This document shows positions 39,201 to 48,670 of a stretch of DNA of 64,000 nt, in pieces. Under the pieces are notes generated by a model that was given only the letters and a program-made list of their open reading frames with translations, made no database searches and had not been told where the DNA came from. The stretch is taken from positions 544,001 through 608,000 of the forward strand of contig CAXXWC010000018.1 of assembly GCA_963668645.2 (NCBI GenBank), written 5' to 3'. The position numbers and the translations under genes were made by a program. Source of the DNA: Desulfobacterales bacterium (GTDB taxonomy: Bacteria; Desulfobacterota; Desulfobacteria; Desulfobacterales; UBA2174). How positions within the stretch are numbered: position 1 is the first letter of the stretch; each line of letters starts with the position of its first letter.

Positions 39201-40931
39201 ATTGTGGACGATGCCAACCACGTCGTCATCACCACGGACACCACCCAAAACGGCTCCGCCTGGGTTCCGATGAAGATCACCGGTGCCGGAACCGGGGTCT
39301 TTTTCCTCAACGCCCACAACGGCGAGGTTTCTTTCCTCGAGCTGGCCGGCAACACATCGGCCATCGGGTCCCAGAGCAGCCACAATCTTCGCATGGCCCA
39401 CAACATCATCCACGGGAACCAGACGGGGATCGGATTCAACGGTTCCAACGGCAATATCATCGAGCAGAATACGGTGGTGGACAACAGCCTGGTTCAAGTG
39501 AATTTTTTCTATTGCCAGAGCGCCGTGATGGAAAACAACATCCTTGGCGCCGGCGCTGCGGACAGCGCCGTTTTCAACTGTAATCGGGGCGACGTGATCC
39601 AGCGATCGGATTACAACCTTTTCTATACGACCGGCAACGCCCTGGTGGCCGAGTATCTGGGAGACGACCGGGAGACCCTGGCGGATTGGCAGGCCGCCAC
39701 CGGTTTTGACGCCCACAGCCTCTTCGCCGATCCGCTTTTTGTCGACGGGGCCGGGGGGGACTTCCACTTGCAAAGCCGGCGGGGAAGCTTTCACGGGGGC
39801 TCCTGGAGCGCCGATAGCGCCACCAGCCCGGCGGTGGACCGGGGTGATCCCGGCACCGACTGGGGGGATGAACCTTTGCAAAACGGCGGCCGGGTCAACC
39901 TCGGGGCCTACGGCGGCACCGGGCAGGCCTCGAAAGGCATCATGAGCGTGACTGCCCCGGTGCGCTATACCAACACGGATGCCGTCATTGTGTCCGGCAC
40001 CCGGGGAACCGGAGTCACCCTGTCGGTGGCTACGGATACTGCCGCCGCGCCCGGCGAGATCGAATACGCCGAGGACGGAACCTGGCAGGTCGCCATCCGC
40101 GGCCTGGCGGAAACGGCCAACACCATCACCATTGTTGCTTCGGACGGCGGTGGGGAGGCATCAACGGCCATCGTAACCGTGGTCTATGACATCACCCCGC
40201 CGTCCATCGGCGTCGATGAAACCGAAAGCCATACCAACCAGGCGCCGTATGTCGTCACCGGCACCCGGGAAGCCGGCGCCAGGATCGAGGTGTGGGGCGA
40301 GACATCCGGGGTATCGGCCGATATCACCTACCCGTCGGAAACCACCTGGCAGGCATCGGTATCCGGCCTTTGCCAGGACCGCAATCCCTTAACGGCCCGC
40401 GCCACGGATCCGGCCGGCAACACGGCGAGCGTTTCTGCGGTCATCGTATACGACACCCGGCCGCCGGAGGTGACCCTCGATCCGGTGATCACGCCGACTA
40501 TCGAGGCCACCCAGGTCGTTTCCGGCACCCGGGAAACGGGCAGCGATATCAGCCTTGCGGTGGATACCACCGCCCAGGTGCAGGCCCTGACCTACCCTTC
40601 GCCGGTCACGTGGACGGCAACCCTGCAAGACCTTGCGACCGGGTACAACCGGTTGACGGTCTCGGCGGCCGACCGGGCCGGCAACCTCTCCAGCGCCAGC
40701 GGCACCATTCTTTACCGCAGCCACTTTTACTGTTACGGTGATGTCGATCGGAGCGATTCGGTGGATCTTGCCGACGCTGTTCTGGCCCTGCAGATCTGTG
40801 GCTCCCGGCCACCGGGAACGCCGATCTTCATGGAGGGGGATACCGACGAAGACGGCATCATCGATCTGAAGGACGCATTGCATGTCCTCGGCATTGTCTG
40901 CGGGTATCGCTCGTGCCGCTATCATGAATAA
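33201..40931 (+). CDS. 2576-aa secreted protein: TPR repeats, four parallel beta-helix modules, Ig-like repeats, C-terminal dockerin-like domain
   Basis: Signal peptide; AYNNRG/LYNLA TPRs; four YVND..CTAPG...NGGRxN(L/M)GA(Y/F)GGT-type modules; GDVDRSDSVDLAD/GDTDEDGIIDLKD. Confidence 0.9.
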   Translation: MHPSKPLSFLARPVLTAIVCAAVLGIGFSPVYADHDTAKTALKYGNDLFFQQDFIGAETRFAAAVAEDPDWAVAYNNRGLARYKQERLADAEADFTTAIAKDGDYLAPLINRAKCRAAQKRWADALDDLQQGLALCPQHPKLLYNLAWVYDAQGETAAAAETYEAVLVLSPDHLRARIGLAVAYAALGRTDDALAMFYEALNRAERGDFDSLLAAHNLDLLRGPGLSFATQEAADFHTQGVFHLATGQHTACCTALNSALACDRGSAATYWVRYLSYLKRAEERLARICRQQAGTRLERRYVRGFTDGADIFHNGLHQGTAPAMLYLFPGPSDLVLRHLVEGTRYQWAGPLAAGDSAGDLLPLRLNPAAVSAYQAFGPVADSDGDRLADAWEQLWFAGLDQEPADDAPDGDGLADLDEFRSGTSPAAVDTDGDGRSDALESAGGETDPARGNAFFYVNDADTQNDIYCTAPGDDTHDGLSPATPKASLSALLAAVDLPPGAVVRIDTGTYVSTADTVVAAQDGGTALLPVTICGAPGGGTVLRRDGGATGAAVLRLDHTAQVKIVNLVLTGAQDGFGLLDQASQGCRVERCTARGNGTGFYFNGPIRNSLAWDNDTGLDIGPEARVANCTVAQNRQVGIFIRGGHISGSIVTAAGSGAYALYHAEGDLRSDHNDLFVTGGAAVGFSLGRRTCLANWRAATGQDLNSLSEDPLFAEAPQGDFSLQSAGGRYDAAAAAWVADALTSPAVDAGALDADSSGEPLPNGGRTNLGAFGGTGQASKSGPLRRLRLLTPAGGERCAATVPIRFCCTGTAWTATDTLAIYYATQDSPLDWTPIAQGIPYDLGAYLWQAPAEVVAAGQPVWIRLTAESDPALAAAAGSPFYFRDLVLTAPVGGERVSGTLSVTWQTTGAGWTAEDALRLEVSADNGRTWITAAEHLPAAQGSYDWDCTGAVDGPYHRIRLVSERTPDLWAQSARAFYVCNAPLHYYVNDAQTALDAWCTAPGQDLAGNGATPDRPAASVNWIVDTFDLEPGDTVHIDTGTYVLAADIVVTADDAGAENHPVRFEGAPFGVVLNRANPNAGNPAWRIDGASNITITTATSDRHPQAPRKWMAVTGGYSGIDLSVAYHCTLSRLELYGNTHAGIAGNSTLDLACRNNVIHHNARGIYLWGCRTNRLENNTLYQNSTSQIDLEQYSVSNTLGNNIVVARGSGAMGIRVHDKSRDLTFCDYNLIHASQGAIAGHYSGDCATLQAWQAATARDAHSLSNAPGFVDGENGDVHLASSGGSYHGGKWRADDTSAAGIDAGDPAVDVGDEPSDHGNRINLGAYGGTDQASRTPPDRALVLQAPNGGETVNGVCTVRWRSAGRGWAETDTVSVQISSDDGGTWQTVASGIAAADEAWAWDTTAHPSGANYRLRITCDAQPGLAAASEQWFAVTNSRITYYVNDGSIEGDLWCTAPGSDAPQRGTAPASPAASVSWILENYDLEPGDVVQVDTGVYALSENIRITAADQGDATAPVVFEASPYGVTLDRGDRSGGSYAWSIDNADHIVIRTASAETDPERPQTWMRLVNTHIAVNLGYAEDCTVERITAVDCGNIGVNLFRSHSNRVRHCVVYGADNYGIQLWDATENRIENNTMASNRYGGVILTGSAAANELSNNIIYQTGTNRAGIDSRSQQTLAASDYNLVQTENGAVFGLFGVNEFCATLRDWQAKSALDTHSMVADPGFADPGAGDYHLLSTGGRYDGGTWQIDPLSSPALDAGDPAVDPGIEPAANGGRINMGAYGGTAGASKSPAGRGLALRMPRGGDVVEGQYPIAWLSPGQGWEEGDTISIDYSTDNGTTWQPLARAVPARTGAGDMAFKWDTTTLADQPFYRVRITCDQDVAVSDAGAHWFTVHNRPIAYYVNDDDETDDVWCTAPGSDAHDGLAPQRPLCTIQAVIERYDLEPGDTVFIDTGSYPLAADIRITNADEGDTDAPVTFKASAAGVSIQRSGTSGGRCAWIVDDANHVVITTDTTQNGSAWVPMKITGAGTGVFFLNAHNGEVSFLELAGNTSAIGSQSSHNLRMAHNIIHGNQTGIGFNGSNGNIIEQNTVVDNSLVQVNFFYCQSAVMENNILGAGAADSAVFNCNRGDVIQRSDYNLFYTTGNALVAEYLGDDRETLADWQAATGFDAHSLFADPLFVDGAGGDFHLQSRRGSFHGGSWSADSATSPAVDRGDPGTDWGDEPLQNGGRVNLGAYGGTGQASKGIMSVTAPVRYTNTDAVIVSGTRGTGVTLSVATDTAAAPGEIEYAEDGTWQVAIRGLAETANTITIVASDGGGEASTAIVTVVYDITPPSIGVDETESHTNQAPYVVTGTREAGARIEVWGETSGVSADITYPSETTWQASVSGLCQDRNPLTARATDPAGNTASVSAVIVYDTRPPEVTLDPVITPTIEATQVVSGTRETGSDISLAVDTTAQVQALTYPSPVTWTATLQDLATGYNRLTVSAADRAGNLSSASGTILYRSHFYCYGDVDRSDSVDLADAVLALQICGSRPPGTPIFMEGDTDEDGIIDLKDALHVLGIVCGYRSCRYHE

Positions 40932-40966
40932 CCACCGCCTGGAAAATGCATACCGGAGAGTTCCCC

Positions 40967-41269
40967 ATGGGTGAAAAACGCCCCGACCAGACCCTGAAAA
41001 GCACCATCCTGCCCCTCGAAGAGAATGCGCCCCAGGTCTACGCGGTGGTGGACCTGCGCCCCTACCTGAAGCCCGAGATGGACGAAGAACTGACCTCCCC
41101 CGAAGGCGAACCGGCCGTTTACGGAACGGAAACCGTGTGTGGTTGCGTACCGGTGGAAGACTGCGCCTGCAATACCGTCAGTCATTTTGTCGACGGCGAC
41201 AGCTGCCCATCCCACTGCAGTTGCGTCGGCCACGGCGGTGGCGGTGGCGTCTACTGGTATCCTTATTGA
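40967..41269 (+). CDS. Cys-rich putative radical-SAM substrate/RiPP precursor
   Basis: GGAGAG RBS; acidic leader; core CGCVPVEDCACNTV...CPSHCSCVGHGGGGGVYWYPY. Confidence 0.75.
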   Translation: MGEKRPDQTLKSTILPLEENAPQVYAVVDLRPYLKPEMDEELTSPEGEPAVYGTETVCGCVPVEDCACNTVSHFVDGDSCPSHCSCVGHGGGGGVYWYPY

Positions 41270-41540
41270 CCGGTCCGGCCAGGGCAGGGTCATCAGCCTG
41301 TGGATAAACGGCGTCTCGGGCTGCCGGAAGGCGTTGCGGCCTCTTCTAAAATGCTCGCACAGACTTGAATATGCTGCGCTTTGCGAAATCGGCCGCGTCT
41401 TGCCGGACAGAAGACACTCGTCTTATCCACAGGCCGATTGAGCGAATGCCTGCAGGTGGCGGCATCCGGTGTTGCGGACGGAAGGACCGGTGCGGCGGCG
41501 TGCTGGAATTATTTACTCATAGCAGTTGAAGGAGCGTCCG

Positions 41541-41984
41541 ATGAACGACCCCAGGGACCGGCAAGAATCCGGATTCCGTCTGCCCCTTCCGATGCGGGAG
41601 GAATTGGATGGATATGGAAAATCGGTTTATGACCGGCTGACGGATCCCGCCAGCCGGCTCGTGGCCGGCTTGCGGGGCCCTGCCGGGATACGGCTGCACA
41701 GCCCCAGGCTGGCGGAGATTTCCAATTAATTCAACCATTTTCTCAGGTATCAGACCGGGTTGGCTGGCGCCGTGCGGGAACTGGCGATTCTGGTGACGGC
41801 CCGTGAGATGAACAGCCAGTTCGAATGGGCCGCCCACGAGCGGCTGGGCCTGAAAGAGGGCCTCTCGCAGGCGGTTATCGATATCGTGAAATACCGAAAG
41901 GGCCTTGAGGGGCTTTGCGAAACCGAAGCGGTCGTCGTCCGGCTCGGCCCCCAGATGTTTGGCCACAACAGCGTGGATCGGTAC
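41541..41984 (+). pseudogene. Carboxymuconolactone decarboxylase/AhpD family, internal stop, 3'-truncated
   Basis: LHSP..*..RELAILVTAREMNSQFEWAAH; TAA at 41727-41729. Confidence 0.75.
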
Positions 41985-42252
41985 CTTCCTGACCGGCTAT
42001 GGCGTGGCCGTCCTGACCCTGTTCGGCCCCATGCAGATCGGTGCGGCGGCCATTTGCGGCATACCGGCCACATGGCTGGCGGCCGCTTTATCCGTGGGCG
42101 CATCCCTCGGCTCCATTTCCTCGCCTTTCAAGATCACTCTGGCCACCGTGATGTGTGGCGCCATCGGCCGGGAGGGCGCCATTTTGCGGCTCACCATTCC
42201 GCTCGGCCTGGGCGCTTCGCTGGTGATCGGCCTCATTCTATCCTTGCTCTGA
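41985..42252 (+). pseudogene. Membrane permease (L-lactate permease-like) C-terminal fragment
   Basis: FLTG..LFGPMQ..GASLGSISSPFKI..GREGAILR. Confidence 0.55.
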
Positions 42253-42479
42253 CGCCTGCGGTCGCTTTGCAGTCCGCGGATCAACGGCGTTTCAGGCCGC
42301 CATGGAGGCCTTGCGCAACCACCGCTGGCCGTATGCGCTGAGCGCTCGCCTCTTGTTCCATCAGCTGCGGCAGACCTAAAAAATTGCTTGTGCATGATCA
42401 GAGAGAGGATATAAACAATAAAGACAACCCCGCGTATCCACACTCTATTCGAATCATAGCAGAAGATCAGGGCTGTACC

Positions 42480-45055
42480 GCTGGTCTGAACCGAACAACC
42501 AGGTGCGTCCGATGCAGCCTTTCCATTTATGCGGATTACATCCGGTTGGGAAGCACCCTGAGTCAGGAGGCGGCGCCCACGGTGTTTCTATCTGCGCTTC
42601 TACCCGCTCCTGATCCGGGAGACATGTTGAATCTGGGCACCACCGATGGAACGGACATGACGGTGGACGGGGCTGCCCTCAGCGGTGAGGTGGATGCCTG
42701 GCCGCTGGCCGGATGTTTTTATACCACCCTCCGGAACGCGAACTTCCGGAATTTCCCGCGCCACGGCATCTATCTTTCAGCAGGGGCGACCGGCAACCTG
42801 ACCTACGACGTGAGGATCGAGAACTGCGGCGGCACCGGCGTTTTTTTCGATCAGAACGCCGTTAACAATATCCTCAAGGATACGAAGGTGACGGGCAGCG
42901 GCCTCAATGGTCTGCACATGACCGGTGAAGCGGTCAAATTCAATGATCTGCGCAAAGATTCGGCAAGCTCTTTCAGCGACAACGCCCGGTACGGCGTTCT
43001 GATCGAAGACGGGGCGAGCTGTAACCTGGTCTGCCCGGGCCGTGTGGTCAACAACCGACTGGAAGGGGTGATGATCCGGGGCGAAGACACCGACTCCAAC
43101 GTCATCGGCCGCAATTCCCTCGTGGTGCCCGCGAGTTCGGAAGCCTACGCCAACGGGGCAGAAAACGGCGGTGCGGGCATTTGCCTGGGCCCCGGGATGG
43201 ATCACACCCTGATCCGCTACGCTCATGTGGCGGGAAACGCGGGGGACGGTATCCTGCTAGAGGGGCCGGGCTGCGCTTACAACCAAATCCAGAGCGTTTC
43301 CACCGGGCTCGATCTTTCCAGCAAGCAGAGTCCGATTGCTTCTCCCAACGGTGCCAACGGCATCCATCTCAAAGACGGGGACGAACACAATCTGATCGGA
43401 GGGCGCCTGGGAGGGATGTTTGGCTGGCGCAATGCGATCGCCGGAAACAGTGAAAACGGCATTCTCATCGAGGGCGCTCCAGCTACAATACCATCAACCA
43501 GAGCCATATCGGTTCCACCGCGCCGGCGTTGTATGTGCAGAATCCCTATATTCCGAACGGCCAGAACGGGATCGTCCTTCGCGGCGGCACGCACCACAAC
43601 ATCATCGGCGATCGGCACGAGTGGCTCGACAACCATCTGGTGGCCCACGCGAACGGGGCCGGGATTCTCATCTTCCTTCAGAGGCCTATTACGAGGGGAT
43701 TTTCGCCTTCTTTTCGGCCAACGCGATTTCCAAGTAAAGGATTCCTCGGGCAATGCGATCGGGGATGCCGGCTGGTGGGCGGGCAACGAGGTGGTGGACA
43801 ACCACAGCGGAGGGATCCTGGTGACCGGCACGGACAGCTTCAACAACAAGGTCCAGGGAAATTATGTGGGGGTGGACAGGAGGGCAAGGCCCAATCTGAA
43901 TCTTGGGAACAACGGCCCCGGGGTCCGGCTCGATCTGGGGGCGGCCGGCAACCTGATCGGAGGAGAGGGGCGCCGGGACGATTCTGAGGTTCCCGGCGCC
44001 GAACGCCATCGCGGGCAACGTCGGCCCGGGGGGCCTGGTGGATGGGGCCGGCACTCTGGGCAACACCATTTCCTACAACAGCATCACCAACAACGGCGCA
44101 AAGGGCATCGAACTGAGCAACGGGAGCAACAACGGCATCGAGCCGCCGACGATCGAGGGATATGACGGTTTCAGCGCCTATGGCAGGGCCGATCCGGCCA
44201 CGGCGCCGGCAGGCAGCACGGTGCAGGTTTTCTCGGACCCTGGCGGCGAGGGAGTGCAATACCTGGGCGAGACAACGGTGCTTGCCGGAGGCACCTGGTC
44301 GGCGCCTGTTGCCAACCCCGTTTTTATGATGCTCACGGCCACGGTAACGGATCTTCAGGGGAGCACCTCGGAATTCGGCGGTTTCCTGGTGGATACGGGC
44401 GGGCTTTTCGTGGCCCGCACGGACGGCGGAACCGGATCGGAGACCGCGGGGGTGGAGACGAGACAGGGACGGGTCGTCCTGGACCTGACCTTGACGCCCG
44501 TGAACACCGATGTGCTGGTGACGGAGATTGAATTCAAGGCCGAAGGGACCCTGGACGACGCAACGCAAATCCTGGCTGTCCGCCTTTACGCGGACAGAGA
44601 CGATACCGGTACGGTGACGGAGCTGGACGATCTGCTGGGGGGCGTGGACGGCCAGGGCTTCGACGCGGACGATGGCTCCCTGGTGGTGAGGCTGGAAAAT
44701 GGCGCCCTGGCGAACGGCAGGCCCGAGCGGTGGCTGCTGGTACTGGATTTCGCAGGGGAGGTTCGCCTCGGCGCCTCTTTCCGCGTCAGCATCCCTTCTG
44801 CGAACGCCATTGCCGCAGGGGGCACATACCCCTTTGTCAAGGCCACGCTGGGGGGGTGACTTTCCGCTCCGGTCGGACCAGTACGTCGTTCAGGCCACCA
44901 TGGAAGATCTGATCCGCGTCCTTCAGCTTCTTTGCGGCCTGAATCCCGAGGGAATCGAAATACTGGCCGATCTGAACGGGGACGGCAGGGTTGGACTGGC
45001 CGAGGCGATCGGCATACTCAAGGAGATTTCAGAGCCGGGGTATGCGATGGACTAA
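42480..45055 (+). pseudogene. Frameshifted beta-helix surface protein with dockerin-like tail
   Basis: GN..GI repeats spread over several frames (ORFs 42384, 43529, 44038, 44699); C-terminal ADLNGDGRVGLAEAI. Confidence 0.75.
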
Positions 45056-45169
45056 GCTGGGATATCGGCCTCAACGCACAGAAACATACGGCGCCGGCTG
45101 AACCGGGGAGTTTGCTTGACATGCCCGTGACGATGAAACATCATCATACTCTCGCAAGGAGGCGCAGCC

Positions 45170-45415
45170 ATGAAAAGGGCAAACGTTGCCATTTCGCTTG
45201 AAGAAGGTACAGTGCGCCGCTCGGACCAGCTCGTCAGTCAATTGATGTTTTCCAAGCGCAGCCAAGCCATTCCATCCGCTCTGGACGAAAAGCTGGAGCG
45301 TATGAAACCAAGCCGTCTTGCCCGTGAGCGCGCAACGCTGGATCCGGTCATGGAAAAGAGGCTGGCCGCAGAAGGCATGTCGGGCGAGCTGCCGGAATGG
45401 CCCGAATGCCGAGAA
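45170..45415 (+). pseudogene. Degraded ribbon-helix-helix antitoxin-like gene with no toxin partner
   Basis: VAISLE..DQLV..RSQAI..SRLARE..LDP..EWPE; AGGAGG RBS. Confidence 0.55.
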
Positions 45416-45467
45416 GTGGCATTCGTCCATGCACCGGCTTTGACCCGGCGAATCGGTTAACCAAAAC

Positions 45468-46370
45468 ATGGGAGGTGTTCTTGTGAACAGAGGATTTTTT
45501 ATTTCCCGGGCCATTTTTGGCGTAATGTTAATCCTTGTTTTGGGTGCTTGTTCCTCTACCGAGAAGGCTGTCAAGCCGGATGCCGGACCGCCGGCTGTTG
45601 AACTGTCATACCACTTTTCACCACCCGAACTGCCGCTGAAGAAGATTACAAACACGATCGGTATGGATTTCGTCTTTATCCCCCCGGGAGAGTTCGTTTT
45701 AGGGAGTCCACTCACGGAACCCGAGCGAAGGCCTGACGAGACGCCCCACGTCGTTGTAATTTCCACTGGATATTACATTCAAACCACTGAAGTCACCCAG
45801 GGACAGTGGAAGCAACTGACAGGGGAAAACCCTTCGTATTTCAGCCAATGCGGGGAAAACTGCCCTGTGGAAACCGTATCCTGGGAAGATGTTCAAAAAT
45901 TTATCGACCTGTTGAATAGACGTGAAGGCCACAATAAATACCGTTTGCCCACGGAAGCTGAATGGGAATATGCTTGCCGCGCCGGGACGACGACGCCATT
46001 TTCATACGGCCAATGCCTGTCAACCGATCAAGCGAACTATAACGACCTGAATGACCAAACGCAGTACAAGGGGTGTCCATGCACCAACGTCAAGCGGGGA
46101 AAGACGATACCCGTTGCGAGCTTGGCGTCGAATCCCTGGGGAATCTACGACATGCATGGCAACGTCTGGGAGTGGTGCCAGGACTGGATGGGGGAATATC
46201 CTGCGGGCGTGAGTATCGATCCTGCCGGGTCTTTTTCCGGAGAAAAAAGGATATACCGGGGCGGCGGGCAAAATGATAGAGCGGGGTATTGCCGTTCCGC
46301 ATTACGCGGCCAGTTCATGCCTTACAGAAGAAGCGGGAGCCTGGGCTTCAGGCTGGTAATGAATCCATAG
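45468..46370 (+). CDS. Formylglycine-generating enzyme (SUMF1) family lipoprotein
   Basis: LGAC lipobox; RLPTEAEWEYACRAG, DMHGNVWEW, GFRL. Confidence 0.92.
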   Translation: MGGVLVNRGFFISRAIFGVMLILVLGACSSTEKAVKPDAGPPAVELSYHFSPPELPLKKITNTIGMDFVFIPPGEFVLGSPLTEPERRPDETPHVVVISTGYYIQTTEVTQGQWKQLTGENPSYFSQCGENCPVETVSWEDVQKFIDLLNRREGHNKYRLPTEAEWEYACRAGTTTPFSYGQCLSTDQANYNDLNDQTQYKGCPCTNVKRGKTIPVASLASNPWGIYDMHGNVWEWCQDWMGEYPAGVSIDPAGSFSGEKRIYRGGGQNDRAGYCRSALRGQFMPYRRSGSLGFRLVMNP

Positions 46371-46483
46371 AACCTGCCGCCCCAAAAGCAAGGCTTCGCG
46401 CAAACAAATAGGCTGTCGCCAATTTCGGCTCATTACCGGTTCGTGGTAACACCCATCCATAAAAAATTTCCAAAGAGGGCGGA

Positions 46484-47554
46484 ATGAAAATACTGGCACT
46501 CAATTCCAGTCCCCGAAGCAAAGGCCGCAGCAAAACCGAACTGATGCTCCATCGTCTTGTCCAGGGCATGCGGGAGGCCGGCGCCGAGGTCGATGTCGTG
46601 AACCTGCGTGAAAAAAGCATTAAGAGCTGTATCGGTTGCTTTACGTGCTGGACCAGGACTCCCGGCCGGTGCGTGCACAAGGACGATATGACCAGTGAAC
46701 TGTTTGCCAAATGGATCGAATCGGACATCGTCGTCTATGCCACGCCGCTTTACTACCATTTCATGAATGGCACCATGAGCACCTTCAGGGAGCGCACCCT
46801 TCCGGCTATCCAGCCCTTTTTCGAGATCAGTGATGGGAAAACCTACCACCCCTTGCGCCACAGGATCCCGGCGGCGGTGTGGCTGTCGGTGTGCGGATTG
46901 CCGGACGAATCCGAGTTTGACCTGCTGTCGGACTATGTGAATCGCACGCGCCACAGCGAGGCGATACTTTTGGCCGAAATTTACCGGCCGGCGGCAGAGG
47001 TGTTGACCAATCCCCTGCTCGAGGAAAAGGCCGCCGGCATACTGGATGCTACAACCCAGGCAGGCAGAGAACTGGTCCAATCCAGGACGATCGCTCCTGA
47101 GACGATGGCGCGGATCCGGCAACCCCTTGTGGATTCTCAGACCTTTGCCGAAATGGGCAACCTTTTTTGGAAGACCTGTATCGCCGAAGGCGTGACCCCA
47201 AAAGAATTTGCCGAAAGGAAGATGGTTCCGCGTCCGGACTCGATTGAAAACTTTATATTTCTTTTACCTTTCGGGCTCAATTCCGCTGCGGTTGGCGACA
47301 ACATAGCGATATTACAGTTCATCTTTTCCGGCAGTATAACAGGTTCCTGCTATTTTACCATTGAAAAACAGAACATTAAGGCCAGCACGGGGACCTGGGA
47401 GAGCCCTGACATTACGATCGAGACGCCCTTTGACGTGTGGATGGACATCATGGCCGGAAAAGCCGACGGCCAGCAGATGTTCATGGAACAAAAGTACAAG
47501 GTGGATGGTGACATCTCGTTGATGGTTCGATTGTTCCAAAAGAAACGGGTCTAG
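46484..47554 (+). CDS. Iron-sulfur flavoprotein/flavodoxin family protein with C-terminal SCP2 domain
   Basis: NSSPR, CIGCFTCW..C..DDM, TPLY; QMFMEQKYKVDGD. Confidence 0.88.
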   Translation: MKILALNSSPRSKGRSKTELMLHRLVQGMREAGAEVDVVNLREKSIKSCIGCFTCWTRTPGRCVHKDDMTSELFAKWIESDIVVYATPLYYHFMNGTMSTFRERTLPAIQPFFEISDGKTYHPLRHRIPAAVWLSVCGLPDESEFDLLSDYVNRTRHSEAILLAEIYRPAAEVLTNPLLEEKAAGILDATTQAGRELVQSRTIAPETMARIRQPLVDSQTFAEMGNLFWKTCIAEGVTPKEFAERKMVPRPDSIENFIFLLPFGLNSAAVGDNIAILQFIFSGSITGSCYFTIEKQNIKASTGTWESPDITIETPFDVWMDIMAGKADGQQMFMEQKYKVDGDISLMVRLFQKKRV

Positions 47555-47848
47555 TCGCGGATATCCAGTTCATGAAGATCCGCTCGTGCCTCGCGGCCTG
47601 TAACCGTAACCTTCGCGGGGAAGGGGAAGCCATAACGACATGGGGAAAGACGAAAATAAACAGTATGATCCACCGGTACCGGGCAGGGATGATGTCGCTT
47701 ACACCATCGCACGTGCCGGGATATCCAGCATCCCTGTGGCCGGTGCGGCGGCCGCTGAATTTTTCACGGCGTTGTTTGCCGCTCCTGTGGAAAGAAGACG
47801 TCAACGGTGGATGGAGGAAGTGGCCAAAGGTCTTCAGGATGGAACATA

Positions 47849-48397
47849 ATGCATCGAATCGTCGTGTCGGACATTTTTGGTAAAACCCCCGCCCTGGAAC
47901 AACTGTGCAAGGCGGTAGGTGAAAATGTCGATATCATCGATCCGTATGCCGGAAAATACATGAATTTTGCGAACGAAGAGAACGCCTATGAATGGTTCGT
48001 GACAAAAATCGGTTTGGATGCCTATTGCGCGTTTTTACATGATAGGATAGAAAGGATATCCTCACCTGCCACCCTGATTGGGTTCAGTGTCGGGGCCTCT
48101 GCTATTTGGCGGCTTTCCGGATCTTTGGGCCCTGAGAAGACAGTGCGTGCCATATGCTTTTACGGTTCACAGGTTCGGCACATGCTGGAGATAGATCCGC
48201 GCATTCCGGTGGAATATATACTGCCTGAATATGAGCCGGGTTTCAACGCCGGTGAATTGGCGGTCCATCTATCCAAAAAGAAAAATGTCATGCTACACAG
48301 AACTCCATATATGCATGGATTCATGAATGCGCTTTCAACAAATTACAGCAAGTCGGGTTACACAACCTATATTGAATGGCTATCAGCCTCTGGGTAA
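47849..48397 (+). CDS. Dienelactone hydrolase-like alpha/beta hydrolase
   Basis: SDIFG, IGFSVGAS, FYGSQVR, HGFMN. Confidence 0.82.
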   Translation: MHRIVVSDIFGKTPALEQLCKAVGENVDIIDPYAGKYMNFANEENAYEWFVTKIGLDAYCAFLHDRIERISSPATLIGFSVGASAIWRLSGSLGPEKTVRAICFYGSQVRHMLEIDPRIPVEYILPEYEPGFNAGELAVHLSKKKNVMLHRTPYMHGFMNALSTNYSKSGYTTYIEWLSASG

Positions 48398-48670
48398 ACG
48401 AGTATCGGGCTGTCCGGCAAGGCGCGGCCGATTTCGCAAAGAGCCGCATATTCAAAACCATGAGATAATTTTCGAAAAGGCCGCAAAGCCGCATGGCGGC
48501 CCGAGACGCTGTTTATCCACAGGCTGATATGTCAAGGCGCCAGTTAATGGACAAGTTCCGTTGTGACCCGCTTGTGCAGACGGGTGTTTTGCACGCGGGA
48601 GGATTCGTTCCAGAAGAATGGTGCAGCTCCGGTTTTCCAGAAAACGCAGTAAAACAAAAGGAGGGTAACC

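Noticed and set aside
34662..39881. Long minus-strand ORFs (1116 and 622 aa)
   Set aside because: Antisense shadows of the GC-rich giant gene; no motifs.
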